NCBI GenBank assembly: GCA_035533615.1
Contig: DATLTM010000023.1
Coordinates: forward strand, 1 to 55,404
Length of the DNA: 55,404 bases
Origin: Minisyncoccota bacterium
GTDB taxonomy: Bacteria > Patescibacteriota > Minisyncoccia > Phycocordibacterales > Phycocordibacteraceae
Reading direction: 5' to 3'
The notes under the pieces were generated by a model. The model did not search any database. It saw nothing but the letters and a program-made list of their open reading frames with translations, and was not told where the DNA came from. Positions 37,587-46,710 of the stretch are shown here, in pieces. The position numbers and the translations under genes were made by a program. How positions within the stretch are numbered: the stretch's first letter is position 1; every line of letters begins with the position of its first letter.

Positions 37587-38591
37587 TTATGAAACGATGT
37601 TTGTCGGCGAACCCGCCGCGAAATTCTTTATATTCTCAACAGTCGTGTCGAGGATTCGCTCGATTGCTTCAATTGTGTTAAACGCAGTGTGCGGGGTAAC
37701 GATGACACGCGGATGGTCGATGAGATAGTGGTCTTCAAGGAGGGTCTTAATCGCGTCGGCATTTGGATGCGGCACGGTGAAGAGGGCCGTTTCGTTCGCC
37801 AAGTCGCCCTCCTCTTCGAGTACGTCGAGTGCGGCGCCCGCAAGCATTCCGGACCGAAGCGCTCCGACGAGAGCGTCGGTCTCGACGACTGCGCCGCGCG
37901 CAGTGTTGACGAGGTACGCGCCTTTCTTAATATTCACGATATTCTCCTTGTTGATGAGATGGTGTGTATGCTCGTTATAGGGAACATGGAGTGTGACGAT
38001 GTCAGCTTGCGCGAGCAGATCGGGGAGCGCCGTGTAGGCGAAACCGAGCGTGTGGGAGAGGTCCCGGTTCGGATATGCATCAAAACCGATAATTTTCATC
38101 CCGAAGCCCTGGGCCATGCGGATGACGTGCGCGCCGATGTGCCCGGTGCCGATAACCCCGAGCGTCTTTCCTGCGAGGTCAAAGCCGCGCAGACCGTCGA
38201 GTGAGAACGTTCCGGTCTCGCGCACACGCTCGTCGGCGTCGATGACGCGGCGCGAAAGCGCGAGGATGAGCGCGAACGCGAATTCCGCGACGGTGTTCTC
38301 GCCGTAGAAGGGCACGTTCGCGACCGTGATACTCCTTGCCGATGCCGCCGCGAGATCGATATGGTCGAATCCGGTCGAACGGGTCGCGATGAGTTTCAGA
38401 GAAGGGAATCGGCTTATCTCCGCTTCAGTAATTGGCGATTCGATAAACGTGCAGAGGACCTGCGCACTGGGGTCGGTCAATTCCGGGTAGGTGGCCAGAG
38501 ACCTCTCGTGGAAATCAATATCGTGTCCTGGCAGTCTCTCCCGCACGTATGCTTCTTCCCACGCCTCGCCCGAGAAATAATGAATTTTCAT
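37587..38591 (-). CDS. D-isomer-specific 2-hydroxyacid dehydrogenase
   Basis: NAD motif GVIGTGHIGAHV and a catalytic R/E/H context (NTARG...TPHTAF). Confidence 0.85.
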   Translation of the reverse strand: MKIHYFSGEAWEEAYVRERLPGHDIDFHERSLATYPELTDPSAQVLCTFIESPITEAEISRFPSLKLIATRSTGFDHIDLAAASARSITVANVPFYGENTVAEFAFALILALSRRVIDADERVRETGTFSLDGLRGFDLAGKTLGVIGTGHIGAHVIRMAQGFGMKIIGFDAYPNRDLSHTLGFAYTALPDLLAQADIVTLHVPYNEHTHHLINKENIVNIKKGAYLVNTARGAVVETDALVGALRSGMLAGAALDVLEEEGDLANETALFTVPHPNADAIKTLLEDHYLIDHPRVIVTPHTAFNTIEAIERILDTTVENIKNFAAGSPTNIVS

Positions 38592-38672
38592 ATTCGTGTA
38601 CAGCTTACACTGTTCCAGTATAAAAGAAGAGACCGCCGATGAGTATTACACCGGCAGTCTGTTAAGTCCCTC

Positions 38673-39545
38673 CTATGCACGTTCTACGATCCTTTGAATG
38701 AATCGTGGTAGAGCGAAAGCGGCGTCGTGGAGCTGCGTCGTCCAGTATTTGGTCGGGAAGCTGCCTTCCGCCGCATATCGATCAGCGATATTGTCCGAAG
38801 CAATGGTTGCTATGTCCAGATTGCTTGCCCAGCCTATTGCTAGATGACCACCCACATACGTCGGCCGTGCCGTCAGATAGCAGCCGCTGTGCGGGAAAAG
38901 TTTGCGGAAGTGCCTCATGGAAGAAACCAATTCGTCCTGCTGTAAAAATGGGACGCCATTTTGTGTGACGAGGATTCCGCGTTCGGTGAGGCATCGTTTG
39001 CAGGCGGCATAGAATTTCTTGCTGAACAGCACCTTGCCCGGACCTTGCGGGTCGGTCGAATCGACGATAATCACATCGAATCGGCGCTTGGCTCGAGCGA
39101 CATACTCCATACCGTCTTGAATGATGCTTTCAAATCTTTTGTCCGCGAAGACCGACCCGGTGAACTCGGGGAAATATTTCTGTGAAAGAGTGATCACCGA
39201 CGTATCGATTTCCACCAAGGTAACGCGCTTCACCGCCGCATGCTTGAGTACCTCGCAGGCGACGCTGCAATCTCCTCCGCCGATAATGAGCACATTTTCC
39301 GCCTCGCCATGGGCGAAGAGTGGCACGTGCGCCATCATTTCGCTGTAGATGAACTCATCGCGCATAGTAATCTGCACGATGCCGTCCAGAATCAACATCT
39401 TGCCGAAGAACGGATGGGCGATAATTGCTAAATGTTGGTGCTCGGTTTGTAGTTCATAGAGCACCGTCTTAGCTTGGTACACTGTCCAGAAGCCGTTCTT
39501 CTCATGCAGTGTTTCTGGGAATGACCGCAGTTCTTTTCTGTCCAC
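38673..39545 (-). CDS. speE: spermidine synthase (polyamine aminopropyltransferase)
   Basis: Contains VLIIGGGDCSVACEVLKH, LVEID and IIVDSTDPQGPG. Confidence 0.85.
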   Translation of the reverse strand: MDRKELRSFPETLHEKNGFWTVYQAKTVLYELQTEHQHLAIIAHPFFGKMLILDGIVQITMRDEFIYSEMMAHVPLFAHGEAENVLIIGGGDCSVACEVLKHAAVKRVTLVEIDTSVITLSQKYFPEFTGSVFADKRFESIIQDGMEYVARAKRRFDVIIVDSTDPQGPGKVLFSKKFYAACKRCLTERGILVTQNGVPFLQQDELVSSMRHFRKLFPHSGCYLTARPTYVGGHLAIGWASNLDIATIASDNIADRYAAEGSFPTKYWTTQLHDAAFALPRFIQRIVERA

Positions 39546-39725
39546 AAGAGACTCCTTCTGTTATTTGTACGGGAAAACTCTCGCAGTATACTGCCATATT
39601 TTAAAAATAAAGTCAAAAGTTTATGGCATACTATTGCACTTTTGCGAAGATTGTTCCATACTATATCTTTAGAAAGTTAGCATTTCGCAATCCTGCGAAT
39701 GCATTTCACAAACGGGGGATCCGAA

Positions 39726-40181
39726 ATGAACGCACAAAAGGCGACGCAGTTGACGAAAGGCCGTAGTGGATGCGGTAGTCTGAACATCGCATTCGATTTG
39801 TATCTCGACGCGGTGAGTAACAGTAATGTCGCTTTTTCTGCGGAAAAACTGAACGTTGTGATTCGCAAGGCGATCAAGAAAGCGGGAATGACGCTGCGGA
39901 AATCCTTCATCGATCCTTGGGAATCGGTACAGGAAGGCCCCGCAACGCTTTTCTATTCGCTCGAGGAGTCGCACGTACGGATCGAAACATGGCCGGCAGA
40001 AGGCCATTTGCAGGGAGAAGTGCAATTGTGCAACTTCTCAAAGAACAATGAGAAGGCGGCCCAACATCTCGCCGAGTGCATTATTGGGTCAGTTAACCCG
40101 GAGACAACGCAAGTTCTGTTCCTTCGCCGTGGACCTGGTCCGGATCTACTCGCTCGAGAGCTGGTAAAAAGAAGACGTTAA
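39726..40181 (+). CDS. S-adenosylmethionine decarboxylase proenzyme-like (SpeH-type, pyruvoyl)
   Basis: LEESHVRIETWPAEGH resembles the E-S self-cleavage site context xESHxxxHTWPE. It is divergent from speE. Confidence 0.6.
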   Translation: MNAQKATQLTKGRSGCGSLNIAFDLYLDAVSNSNVAFSAEKLNVVIRKAIKKAGMTLRKSFIDPWESVQEGPATLFYSLEESHVRIETWPAEGHLQGEVQLCNFSKNNEKAAQHLAECIIGSVNPETTQVLFLRRGPGPDLLARELVKRRR

Positions 40182-40260
40182 TCTAGGCAGTTTGAAATTA
40201 TGAGGCGCAAGTGTAAGCTTGCGCCTTATTCGTCGTCCGTCCGAGGAGTATGATGCAGTA

Positions 40261-41004
40261 ATGAAGGAAACGAGACTCATTATGGGTATGCCAATCGAGA
40301 TAGAAATCATAGGCGCCGACGTACGGGCCATGCTCGACGCCGCGTTTACATATCTCACTGCCGTTGACGAGCGCTTCAGTACCTATAAAAAGAACAGCGA
40401 AATCTCACATATCAATCGCGGCGAGCTTGCGCCTGGAGCTGCAAGTGCGGAAATGAAAGAGGTCTTCGTTCTTGCTGAAAAGACAAAGGGAGAGACCGGT
40501 GGATATTTCGACATCCGCCGACCGGACGGCTCGTATGATCCTTCCGGTATCGTGAAGGGCTGGGCGGTACTCAATACCGCCACGCGTATCCGCGCGGCTG
40601 GGTATGAGAATTATTTCGTGAATGCCGGCGGTGACATCGCGATGAACGGGAAGAGCGAAAACGGTGAAGAATGGAGCGTCGGCATCCGCAACCCATTCAA
40701 AAACAGTGAAATTGTGAAGATTGTGTATCCGCGCGGGAATGGCATTGCGACTTCGGGCTCTTACATCCGTGGCGACCACATTTATAATCCGCATAAGCCG
40801 GAGGAAAAACTGCGGGACATCGTGAGCATCACCATCATCGGCCCCGATGTGCTCGAAGCCGATCGCTTTGCGACTGCCGCATTTGCGATGGGGAAGGCCG
40901 GAATCAGCTTCATTGAAAACCTCCCGGGTTTTGAGGGCTACGCGATTGACTCACAGGGCATCGCGACCATGACGAGCGGATTTGGGACGTACACGACTTC
41001 TTAG
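40261..41004 (+). CDS. apbE: FAD:protein FMN transferase (ApbE family)
   Basis: Contains IMGMPIEIEI, GYFDI, DPSGIVKGWA and ATSGSY motifs. Confidence 0.85.
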   Translation: MKETRLIMGMPIEIEIIGADVRAMLDAAFTYLTAVDERFSTYKKNSEISHINRGELAPGAASAEMKEVFVLAEKTKGETGGYFDIRRPDGSYDPSGIVKGWAVLNTATRIRAAGYENYFVNAGGDIAMNGKSENGEEWSVGIRNPFKNSEIVKIVYPRGNGIATSGSYIRGDHIYNPHKPEEKLRDIVSITIIGPDVLEADRFATAAFAMGKAGISFIENLPGFEGYAIDSQGIATMTSGFGTYTTS

Positions 41005-41285
41005 ACACCGAGACTGGCGGAAAACGGGCTAATGATAGAATCGAGCGCCGATTGGAAAGATGCAAGCCTTTCAGGTGTGGCGCGCGCAAGAGCAAGGCCG
41101 CGAAGCATAAGAAGCCCCTCCTCGTATGCCTCGGGGCGGGCGGCTGTATGCAATCTTTCAAGTGTGCGATACGCGCGCGCGAGTGCATTGTCATAGCGGG
41201 AAATATCGTCGTGCCTTGCGGCATTTGCACAGCGGGCGACATCGGCACCGAGATTCGCGAAATAAAATGCGGCATCGCGCGTCAT
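41001..41285 (-). CDS. hypothetical small helical protein
   Basis: 94-aa ORF whose start overlaps the stop of the upstream gene (4-nt overlap). No motif was recognised. Confidence 0.45.
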   Translation of the reverse strand: MTRDAAFYFANLGADVARCANAARHDDISRYDNALARAYRTLERLHTAARPEAYEEGLLMLRGLALARATPERLASFQSALDSIISPFSASLGV

Positions 41286-41638
41286 AAGCCTAGAAAAGGA
41301 ATTATTTCTGCCGCCACTTTGCGCACAGCCGCTCGTATTGTTTCGCTCTCGATCTCCATACTCCGATTCCCCTGTACAGGTCGAATATTAATGAGCGAGA
41401 TATATTCTATAGCTGCGTCTCCACTCTCCTTTGGATAAATATTGAAACCCCACATATCATTTTGTTTTGAGCCGTCTGCAATTAGGCAATTATTGGCATC
41501 CATATGCCATTCGCCACCGAGCGCGACCACGCCGCGCTCAATATCAGCGACTCCCTTCACGAGCGAATGATGCCATTCCTTCGCAAGCGCGAGAAGTGTC
41601 CTGCGACTCACTGGCTCACGGGCGATGATAATTTCCAT
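41282..41638 (-). CDS. hypothetical protein (possibly DUF5674-like)
   Basis: 118-aa ORF. VKGVADIERGVVALGGEWHMDANNCLIADGSKQNDMWGFNIYP resembles that family from memory and was not verified. Confidence 0.5.
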   Translation of the reverse strand: MEIIIAREPVSRRTLLALAKEWHHSLVKGVADIERGVVALGGEWHMDANNCLIADGSKQNDMWGFNIYPKESGDAAIEYISLINIRPVQGNRSMEIESETIRAAVRKVAAEIIPFLGL

Positions 41639-41685
41639 GCAGGTATACTATCTTATTTCAGTTTCTAGGGCTTCTGTTTTGGTAG

Positions 41686-41691
41686 TATAAT
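41686..41691 (+). promoter_or_regulatory. putative -10 hexamer TATAAT, 9 nt before ATG 41701 (start of an ORF that runs into the IS end)
   Basis: Read directly: GGTAGTATAATGTTTGGGTGATG. Confidence 0.3.
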
Positions 41692-41760
41692 GTTTGGGTG
41701 ATGCCGCTGGATAAGAATGAGAAACCATGTCTAACGTGTGTTGAGACCTACGTAAAAGAT

Positions 41761-42627
41761 TCAAGACCTTGGAATCACTTTGAGCATTTCTGACGGTGTT
41801 TTGCATTGAAGCGAAAGATGCGGCCGCTCAGTGTTATACCAGTCGATGAAAAGAGGGATGTCTCTCGCATCTTGGAAGCACCATCCTTCTTTCGGCATTT
41901 CTTCTTGTATCGTCCGATTGAATCGTTCGAGATGACCGTTCTCGTTTGGTGAGCGGGGGTGATTGTGCCGGTGCTGCATGCCTTTGCGCACCACATGATC
42001 GGTGAACCAGGTCTTGAACTCAGGACCATTGTCGGTCTGGATCGTCTCAATGTCGAAAGAGAAATACCTCTGCGCCTTTTTGAAGAACTGTACGGTTTGT
42101 TTCGCTCCGATCTTCGGACAGAGTCATGCGTACCCAGTGCGAGAATACACATCAAGCGCGGTATACACGTATCGTTTAATGCCGTCAGCGTCCAAAAAGT
42201 GAATGGTATCCATCTCCACAAGCGCTCCAGGATGATCGGCTTCAGGACGAGGTGCGTACTTCCTCGATCTGGCCCAGGCACTCTTCCTCTTGAGTGGGGC
42301 GCAGTACGTGCTGATGATTCGTTTGACCGATGAGAGGGATACCGAGATGTCTTCTCGTACCAGAAGCGCATGCACCACCTCGGCACAGCGTCTCACCTCA
42401 AGTCGCTTGGCGATGATTCTTGCTCGCAGCTCTTCAGGAAGAGCAGCGGGTGACTTCTTGGGTCGACTCGGTACCGTCTCAACCGTTGTTCGATGACTCC
42501 ATTTCACAATCGCACCTTAGGTGTATCCGAGATACCGAGCAACCTTGCGAGTGCTCCAACCCTCTTTGATCAGTTCTCTCGCTCTGCGCCTGACGTCGGG
42601 AAGTTTGTTGTTTGTGGTGTATGCCAT
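41761..42627 (-). pseudogene. IS481-family transposase pseudogene (in-frame TAA at 42517..42519 plus at least two frame changes)
   Basis: Translating from ATG 42627 gives MAYTTNNKLPDVRRRARELIKEGWSTRKVARYLGYT*GAIVKWSHR. Later segments continue in ORFs 42124..42507 and 41761..41994, which align with the intact copy. Confidence 0.8.
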
Positions 42628-42654
42628 ATGCCTTGGGTGATTCCAAGGTATTGA
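41761..42654 (-). mobile_element. IS481-like insertion sequence, decayed copy
   Basis: The 18-bp terminal inverted repeats are TCAAGACCTTGGAATCAC (41761..41778) and GTGATTCCAAGGTATTGA (42637..42654). They enclose fragments of a DDE transposase homologous to the gene at 43065..43946. Confidence 0.75.
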
Positions 42655-42763
42655 ACCATTACGACCTATTGACTTCCTGCAAATCAATAGGTATTATTCT
42701 TTTCAGAGACGCTTCAGTGTTCCGATAGGCCTTTTCTTTTCTTACAAATTCAAGGAGGTTAGA

Positions 42764-42931
42764 GTGCGCGGAAAAAAGGAGAGATTTGTGGCAGTTGTTG
42801 CCTACGTGTATGCGGGGGCGGTGACCCTCGGATACTTTTGTGTGTTGTGTCTTGGAATGCTGGTAATGGAGCCAGCACGCCTACTGAAGAAACTCGTTAT
42901 CATCCCCATGCAGACTAAGCATAAACAATAA
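42764..42931 (+). CDS. possible small (55 aa) membrane peptide between the two IS copies
   Basis: The GTG is preceded by AAGGAGG at 7 nt. The hydrophobic core is VAVVAYVYAGAVTLGYFCVLCLGMLV. The ORF is not in the track because it is under 60 aa. It is followed by two hairpins. Confidence 0.25.
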   Translation: MRGKKERFVAVVAYVYAGAVTLGYFCVLCLGMLVMEPARLLKKLVIIPMQTKHKQ

Positions 42932-43025
42932 GTCTGCATGCCGCCCAACTAAAAGGCCGCCATTTCCGATATTCCGGTATGGCGGCTCCTCATATGTACT
43001 TAATATGTCAATGTAGCGTAATGTT

Positions 43026-43946
43026 TCAATACCTTCGCAACACGTATCCATTAAGATTGCGAACATGGCATATACAAAGAACCCGCATCTCCCGAAGGTC
43101 CGCATGGAAGCGGTGCGGCTCGTGAAGTATCGAAAGTGGACTATTAGGAAAGTTGCTCGGCATGTCGGTGTCGCCGCAAGCACCATCTCTCGGTGGTGCA
43201 AGAGCCCGTGGGGCACCGGCTGGATTCCCATACCAACGCGTTCATCGCAGCCGAAGAGCAGTCCCAAAGCTCTTCCGGCAGAAACGATAGACGCCATCAT
43301 CAAGAAGCGTGTCGAGTACCGCCGTTGCGGCAAGGTGATACACGAGATGTTGAAACGAGACGGTATCAATGTTTCTCTTTCGTCAGTGCAGAGAGTGCTG
43401 TCGCGCACCAGTCTCCTCAAGAAAAGGAGTCCATGGAAACGACCGCACGATGCGACCCCAAGACCGGAAGCAGCGAGGCCTGGCGCGCTCGTTCAGGTCG
43501 ATACCGTGCATTTCCTCCTTCCCGACGGCTCTCGTCTGTATGTGTACACGCTCATCGATCTCTTCAGCCGTTGGGCATATGCAGAAGTGATAGAACGCAT
43601 CGGAGCAGAAGCTAGTGCTCGACTTGTCCGGAGAGCACAAAAAGCCGCCTCGTTTAAATTCGAGGTCATTCAGTCCGATCATGGGTCAGAATTCTCGACG
43701 CGCTTCACGCATCGCTTGTTGCGTATGAAAATAGGCCACCGGCATTCGAGAGTCCGCCAATCAAACGACAATGCGCACGTCGAGAGGTTTAACCGAACAC
43801 TTGAAGAAGAATGCTTGGACGAAACCGCCCACACTGTTCCAGACTTCAGGGCCGCACTCAAAGTGTATTTGCCGTTCTATAACGGCGAACGATTGCACAT
43901 GGGTATTAATTATCAAACTCCGCTTGAAGTGTTGCGAAGGTCTTGA
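43026..43946 (+). mobile_element. IS481-like insertion sequence, apparently intact copy
   Basis: The terminal inverted repeats are TCAATACCTTCGCAACAC (43026..43043) and GTGTTGCGAAGGTCTTGA (43929..43946). The transposase stop codon lies inside the right repeat. Confidence 0.8.
43065..43946 (+). CDS. IS481-family DDE transposase (HTH plus integrase-core domain)
   Basis: 293 aa containing VDTVHF...YVYTLIDLFSRWAY...QSDHGSEF...NAHVERFNRTLEEE...ERLHMG. Confidence 0.85.
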   Translation: MAYTKNPHLPKVRMEAVRLVKYRKWTIRKVARHVGVAASTISRWCKSPWGTGWIPIPTRSSQPKSSPKALPAETIDAIIKKRVEYRRCGKVIHEMLKRDGINVSLSSVQRVLSRTSLLKKRSPWKRPHDATPRPEAARPGALVQVDTVHFLLPDGSRLYVYTLIDLFSRWAYAEVIERIGAEASARLVRRAQKAASFKFEVIQSDHGSEFSTRFTHRLLRMKIGHRHSRVRQSNDNAHVERFNRTLEEECLDETAHTVPDFRAALKVYLPFYNGERLHMGINYQTPLEVLRRS

Positions 43947-44082
43947 CCACTAAACGTGTAGGCCTTGCTTTATCTTTTACGGATGTTATATTTAATAGTA
44001 GTTTTGAGTACTATAAATAAGCGCTCAATAATCTGCTCTTTCTATAACCATATAACCGTTCATCTCACGAGGAGCAGTCGAA

Positions 44083-45051
44083 ATGACACGCATGACAGTG
44101 ATCAAACGTCCGTTGCACGAGCAGCGGATTCAGGAAAGCTCGACTGAGGAAACTCTCGAGTATGAACGGTTGGCATGGCCGTACAGGCTCGCGCTACCCA
44201 TGATGTTTCTCTTCGCCGTCTATGTGCACCTGAAGAAAGTCTTTCTCAAGCTGTTCGGCATAAAGCCAGCGGTGAATATCTGGCTATTCGACGGCGTCAG
44301 CATCAACGGTCACCGAGTCAAGGAGGGCGCGGCGCAATGGTCAGCGCTCGATGCCGTCTATAACTTCAAGCAAGGAGAAGGTGGAAACATCTTCTCTCGA
44401 GCAGTCGATTCGTTCTGGCTGAACATCCGTAATGCGCAGGCAGTGAGGAATCGGCTCATCCTTGTAAAACAGCAGCTTAAGGTTGCGATCCTTGATGCAG
44501 CTCGCGAGCGCCATAACGGCGAGCCGATTCGGATTCTTTCGCTTGCAGCTGGAGCTGCACAGGGAGTAATCGAGGTTGTGGCGGACCTGTTTCCTCGCGG
44601 CATTGCCCTCGGGGTGGTGCTTATAGATCAGGACTCGATCGCGCTCGCACACGCGCTTAAGCTCGCTAAGCGGTACGGCATCGGTCACCTATTCCAGCCC
44701 ATTAGAGGCGATGTGCGTTTCTTTGATAGGAATCTCGGGGGCCAATTCTCGCCAGAAATAATAGAGATGTGCGGTCTCATGGATTACCTAAGAAGTGGCA
44801 TTGCCACTCGGCTCATCAGAAAGATTTACCGGGCCTTACCTCCTGGGGGGACCTTTCTTACTTGTCATATTCATCCAAACGCGGAGAGTTATTTTCTCCG
44901 TCACGTGGTGGATTGGAAAATGCTGTATCGGACTCTCGAGGAGTTCGGCGATATCTTGGTTGAGGGAGAATTTCTCAACCCGTCGTTCTTCACTGAACCA
45001 CTCGGCATTCACTCCGTGGCAGTCGCGAAGAAGGTCTCATCTGTTCTTTAG
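44083..45051 (+). CDS. class I SAM-dependent methyltransferase-like protein with an N-terminal hydrophobic segment
   Basis: GAGGAG SD 8 nt upstream. Motif I-like ILSLAAGAAQG, then VLIDQD and LPPGGTFL. Confidence 0.65.
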   Translation: MTRMTVIKRPLHEQRIQESSTEETLEYERLAWPYRLALPMMFLFAVYVHLKKVFLKLFGIKPAVNIWLFDGVSINGHRVKEGAAQWSALDAVYNFKQGEGGNIFSRAVDSFWLNIRNAQAVRNRLILVKQQLKVAILDAARERHNGEPIRILSLAAGAAQGVIEVVADLFPRGIALGVVLIDQDSIALAHALKLAKRYGIGHLFQPIRGDVRFFDRNLGGQFSPEIIEMCGLMDYLRSGIATRLIRKIYRALPPGGTFLTCHIHPNAESYFLRHVVDWKMLYRTLEEFGDILVEGEFLNPSFFTEPLGIHSVAVAKKVSSVL

Positions 45052-45068
45052 CGGCCGCAATTGGTTGT

Positions 45069-45106
45069 ATCGGGATGCTACACTGTTGGCATCCCGATTT
45101 TCTTTT
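45069..45106 (+). terminator. intrinsic terminator: ATCGGGATGC-loop-GCATCCCGAT followed by TTTTCTTTT
   Basis: 10-bp perfect stem plus a T-tract, 18 nt after the methyltransferase stop. Confidence 0.65.
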
Positions 45107-45112
45107 ATCGAT

Positions 45113-46672
45113 ATGAATTTCTTCGCCCTGTCAGCTATTGTCAATGCCTTTACCAGCTTGATACTCGGCACGCTCGTCATCTTTCAGGGTCGCAATCGAA
45201 CTTATAGCACTTTCTCTCTATTTGCATTCGCCGTTGCACTTTGGAGTATCTTTTATTTCCAGTGGCAGCAAGCAGGAACCGCAATCCAAGCTCTCTTGTG
45301 GTCGCGTTTGCTTATGGCAGCCGCAGCGTTCATCCCATTCTTTTATTACCATTTCATAGTCGCTTTTCTCGATATCGAACGTCGACAGCGTCTATCGGTC
45401 TTCTTCGGATATGGTTTCGCTCTCTTCTTCTCGATCGCAAGTTTCTCGCCGCTTCTTGTTACAGGCGTAAGCCAAAAGCTTTCCTTTTCTTTCTGGCCAA
45501 ATCCAGGACCGCTGTACTCGTTGTTCCTGCTGATTTGGTTTTTCTACGTTATTCTTGGCACAATATTGCTTTTTGAGCGCTATCACCGATCTCAGGGCGA
45601 AATACGTGCCCAGATAAAACTCATTCTATTCGGTATGATCGTTGGATATCTCGGTGGTGCGACGAATTATTTCCTATGGTATGGCGTTCCTATCCAACCG
45701 TTCGGGAACATCCTCGTTTCATTTTACGTCATTATGGTGACCTATGCCATTTTGCATCACCGCCTATTTAATATGAAAGTCATTGCATCAGAACTTACCG
45801 TCTTTGCGCTCTGGCTCTTTATGTTCATCCGCATGCTGCTCTCAAATTCTGTAACGGAGCAATTTATCAACGGTAGTTTTTTCCTTGTGGTTCTTGTCGT
45901 TGGGACTCTTCTTGTCCGGAGCGTAGACAAAGAGGTCGAACAGCGGGAACGAATACAAAAACTTGCCGGAGACTTACAGGAAACGAATGAGCGACAAGAA
46001 GAGCTCATGCACTTTATCGGGCATGAGGTGAAAGGATTCTTGGCCAAGGACGAGGGGGCGTTCGCGGCAATCTCGCAGGGTGATTTTGGCGTACCGCCGG
46101 ACGGAATCAAATCATTTGTTGAACAAGCCCTCACTCAGTCGCGCAACAGTGCCCGGTCGGTGACGGATCTACTCCTCGCGTCGAATCAGAAGAAAGGGAC
46201 GATTTCGTATGTGAAAGAGCCGTTTGACCTCAAACCGCTCATGGTGGAGGCGGTGGGAAATGCAAAGTCCGCGGCGATGCAGAAGGGACTCTCTCTTTCC
46301 TTCGTCGCTGATGACTCGTCGTATCAGATGAGCGGGGACAAGGCACAGATTAGCGACCATGTATTACGCAATCTCATCGACAACGCAATTAATTACACGC
46401 CCTCAGGTTCTATTATCATTTCGCTCAAGAAAGAAGATAGGAAGATTATTTTTTCAGTAAAGGATTCCGGCATCGGTATAACGGAAGAAGACAAAAAACG
46501 CCTCTTCACCGAAGGTGGCCACGGCAAGGACTCACAAAAGGTGAATGTCCATTCCACCGGCTACGGCCTCTACATCGCGAAGAACATTATCACGGCCCAT
46601 GGTGGTACTATCCGCGCCGAATCAGAAGGAGAAGGGAAGGGCGCGACCTTTATTGTGGAATTGCCCGCATAA
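45113..46672 (+). CDS. sensor histidine kinase with an N-terminal 7-TM sensor domain
   Basis: About seven hydrophobic helices, H-box ELMHFIGHEVKGF, N box LIDNAINYT and G boxes DSGIGI / GYGLYIAKNII. The start is taken at MNFFALS (45113). Confidence 0.85.
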   Translation: MNFFALSAIVNAFTSLILGTLVIFQGRNRTYSTFSLFAFAVALWSIFYFQWQQAGTAIQALLWSRLLMAAAAFIPFFYYHFIVAFLDIERRQRLSVFFGYGFALFFSIASFSPLLVTGVSQKLSFSFWPNPGPLYSLFLLIWFFYVILGTILLFERYHRSQGEIRAQIKLILFGMIVGYLGGATNYFLWYGVPIQPFGNILVSFYVIMVTYAILHHRLFNMKVIASELTVFALWLFMFIRMLLSNSVTEQFINGSFFLVVLVVGTLLVRSVDKEVEQRERIQKLAGDLQETNERQEELMHFIGHEVKGFLAKDEGAFAAISQGDFGVPPDGIKSFVEQALTQSRNSARSVTDLLLASNQKKGTISYVKEPFDLKPLMVEAVGNAKSAAMQKGLSLSFVADDSSYQMSGDKAQISDHVLRNLIDNAINYTPSGSIIISLKKEDRKIIFSVKDSGIGITEEDKKRLFTEGGHGKDSQKVNVHSTGYGLYIAKNIITAHGGTIRAESEGEGKGATFIVELPA

Positions 46673-46710
46673 ATTTCCGGCTTGAAGGAGACAGGTGGTA
46701 ACATAAATAC

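Noticed and set aside
42881-43420. 179-aa minus-strand ORF spanning the IS left end
   Set aside because: It is antisense to the intact transposase N-terminus and crosses the IS terminal repeat. No coding signal was seen.
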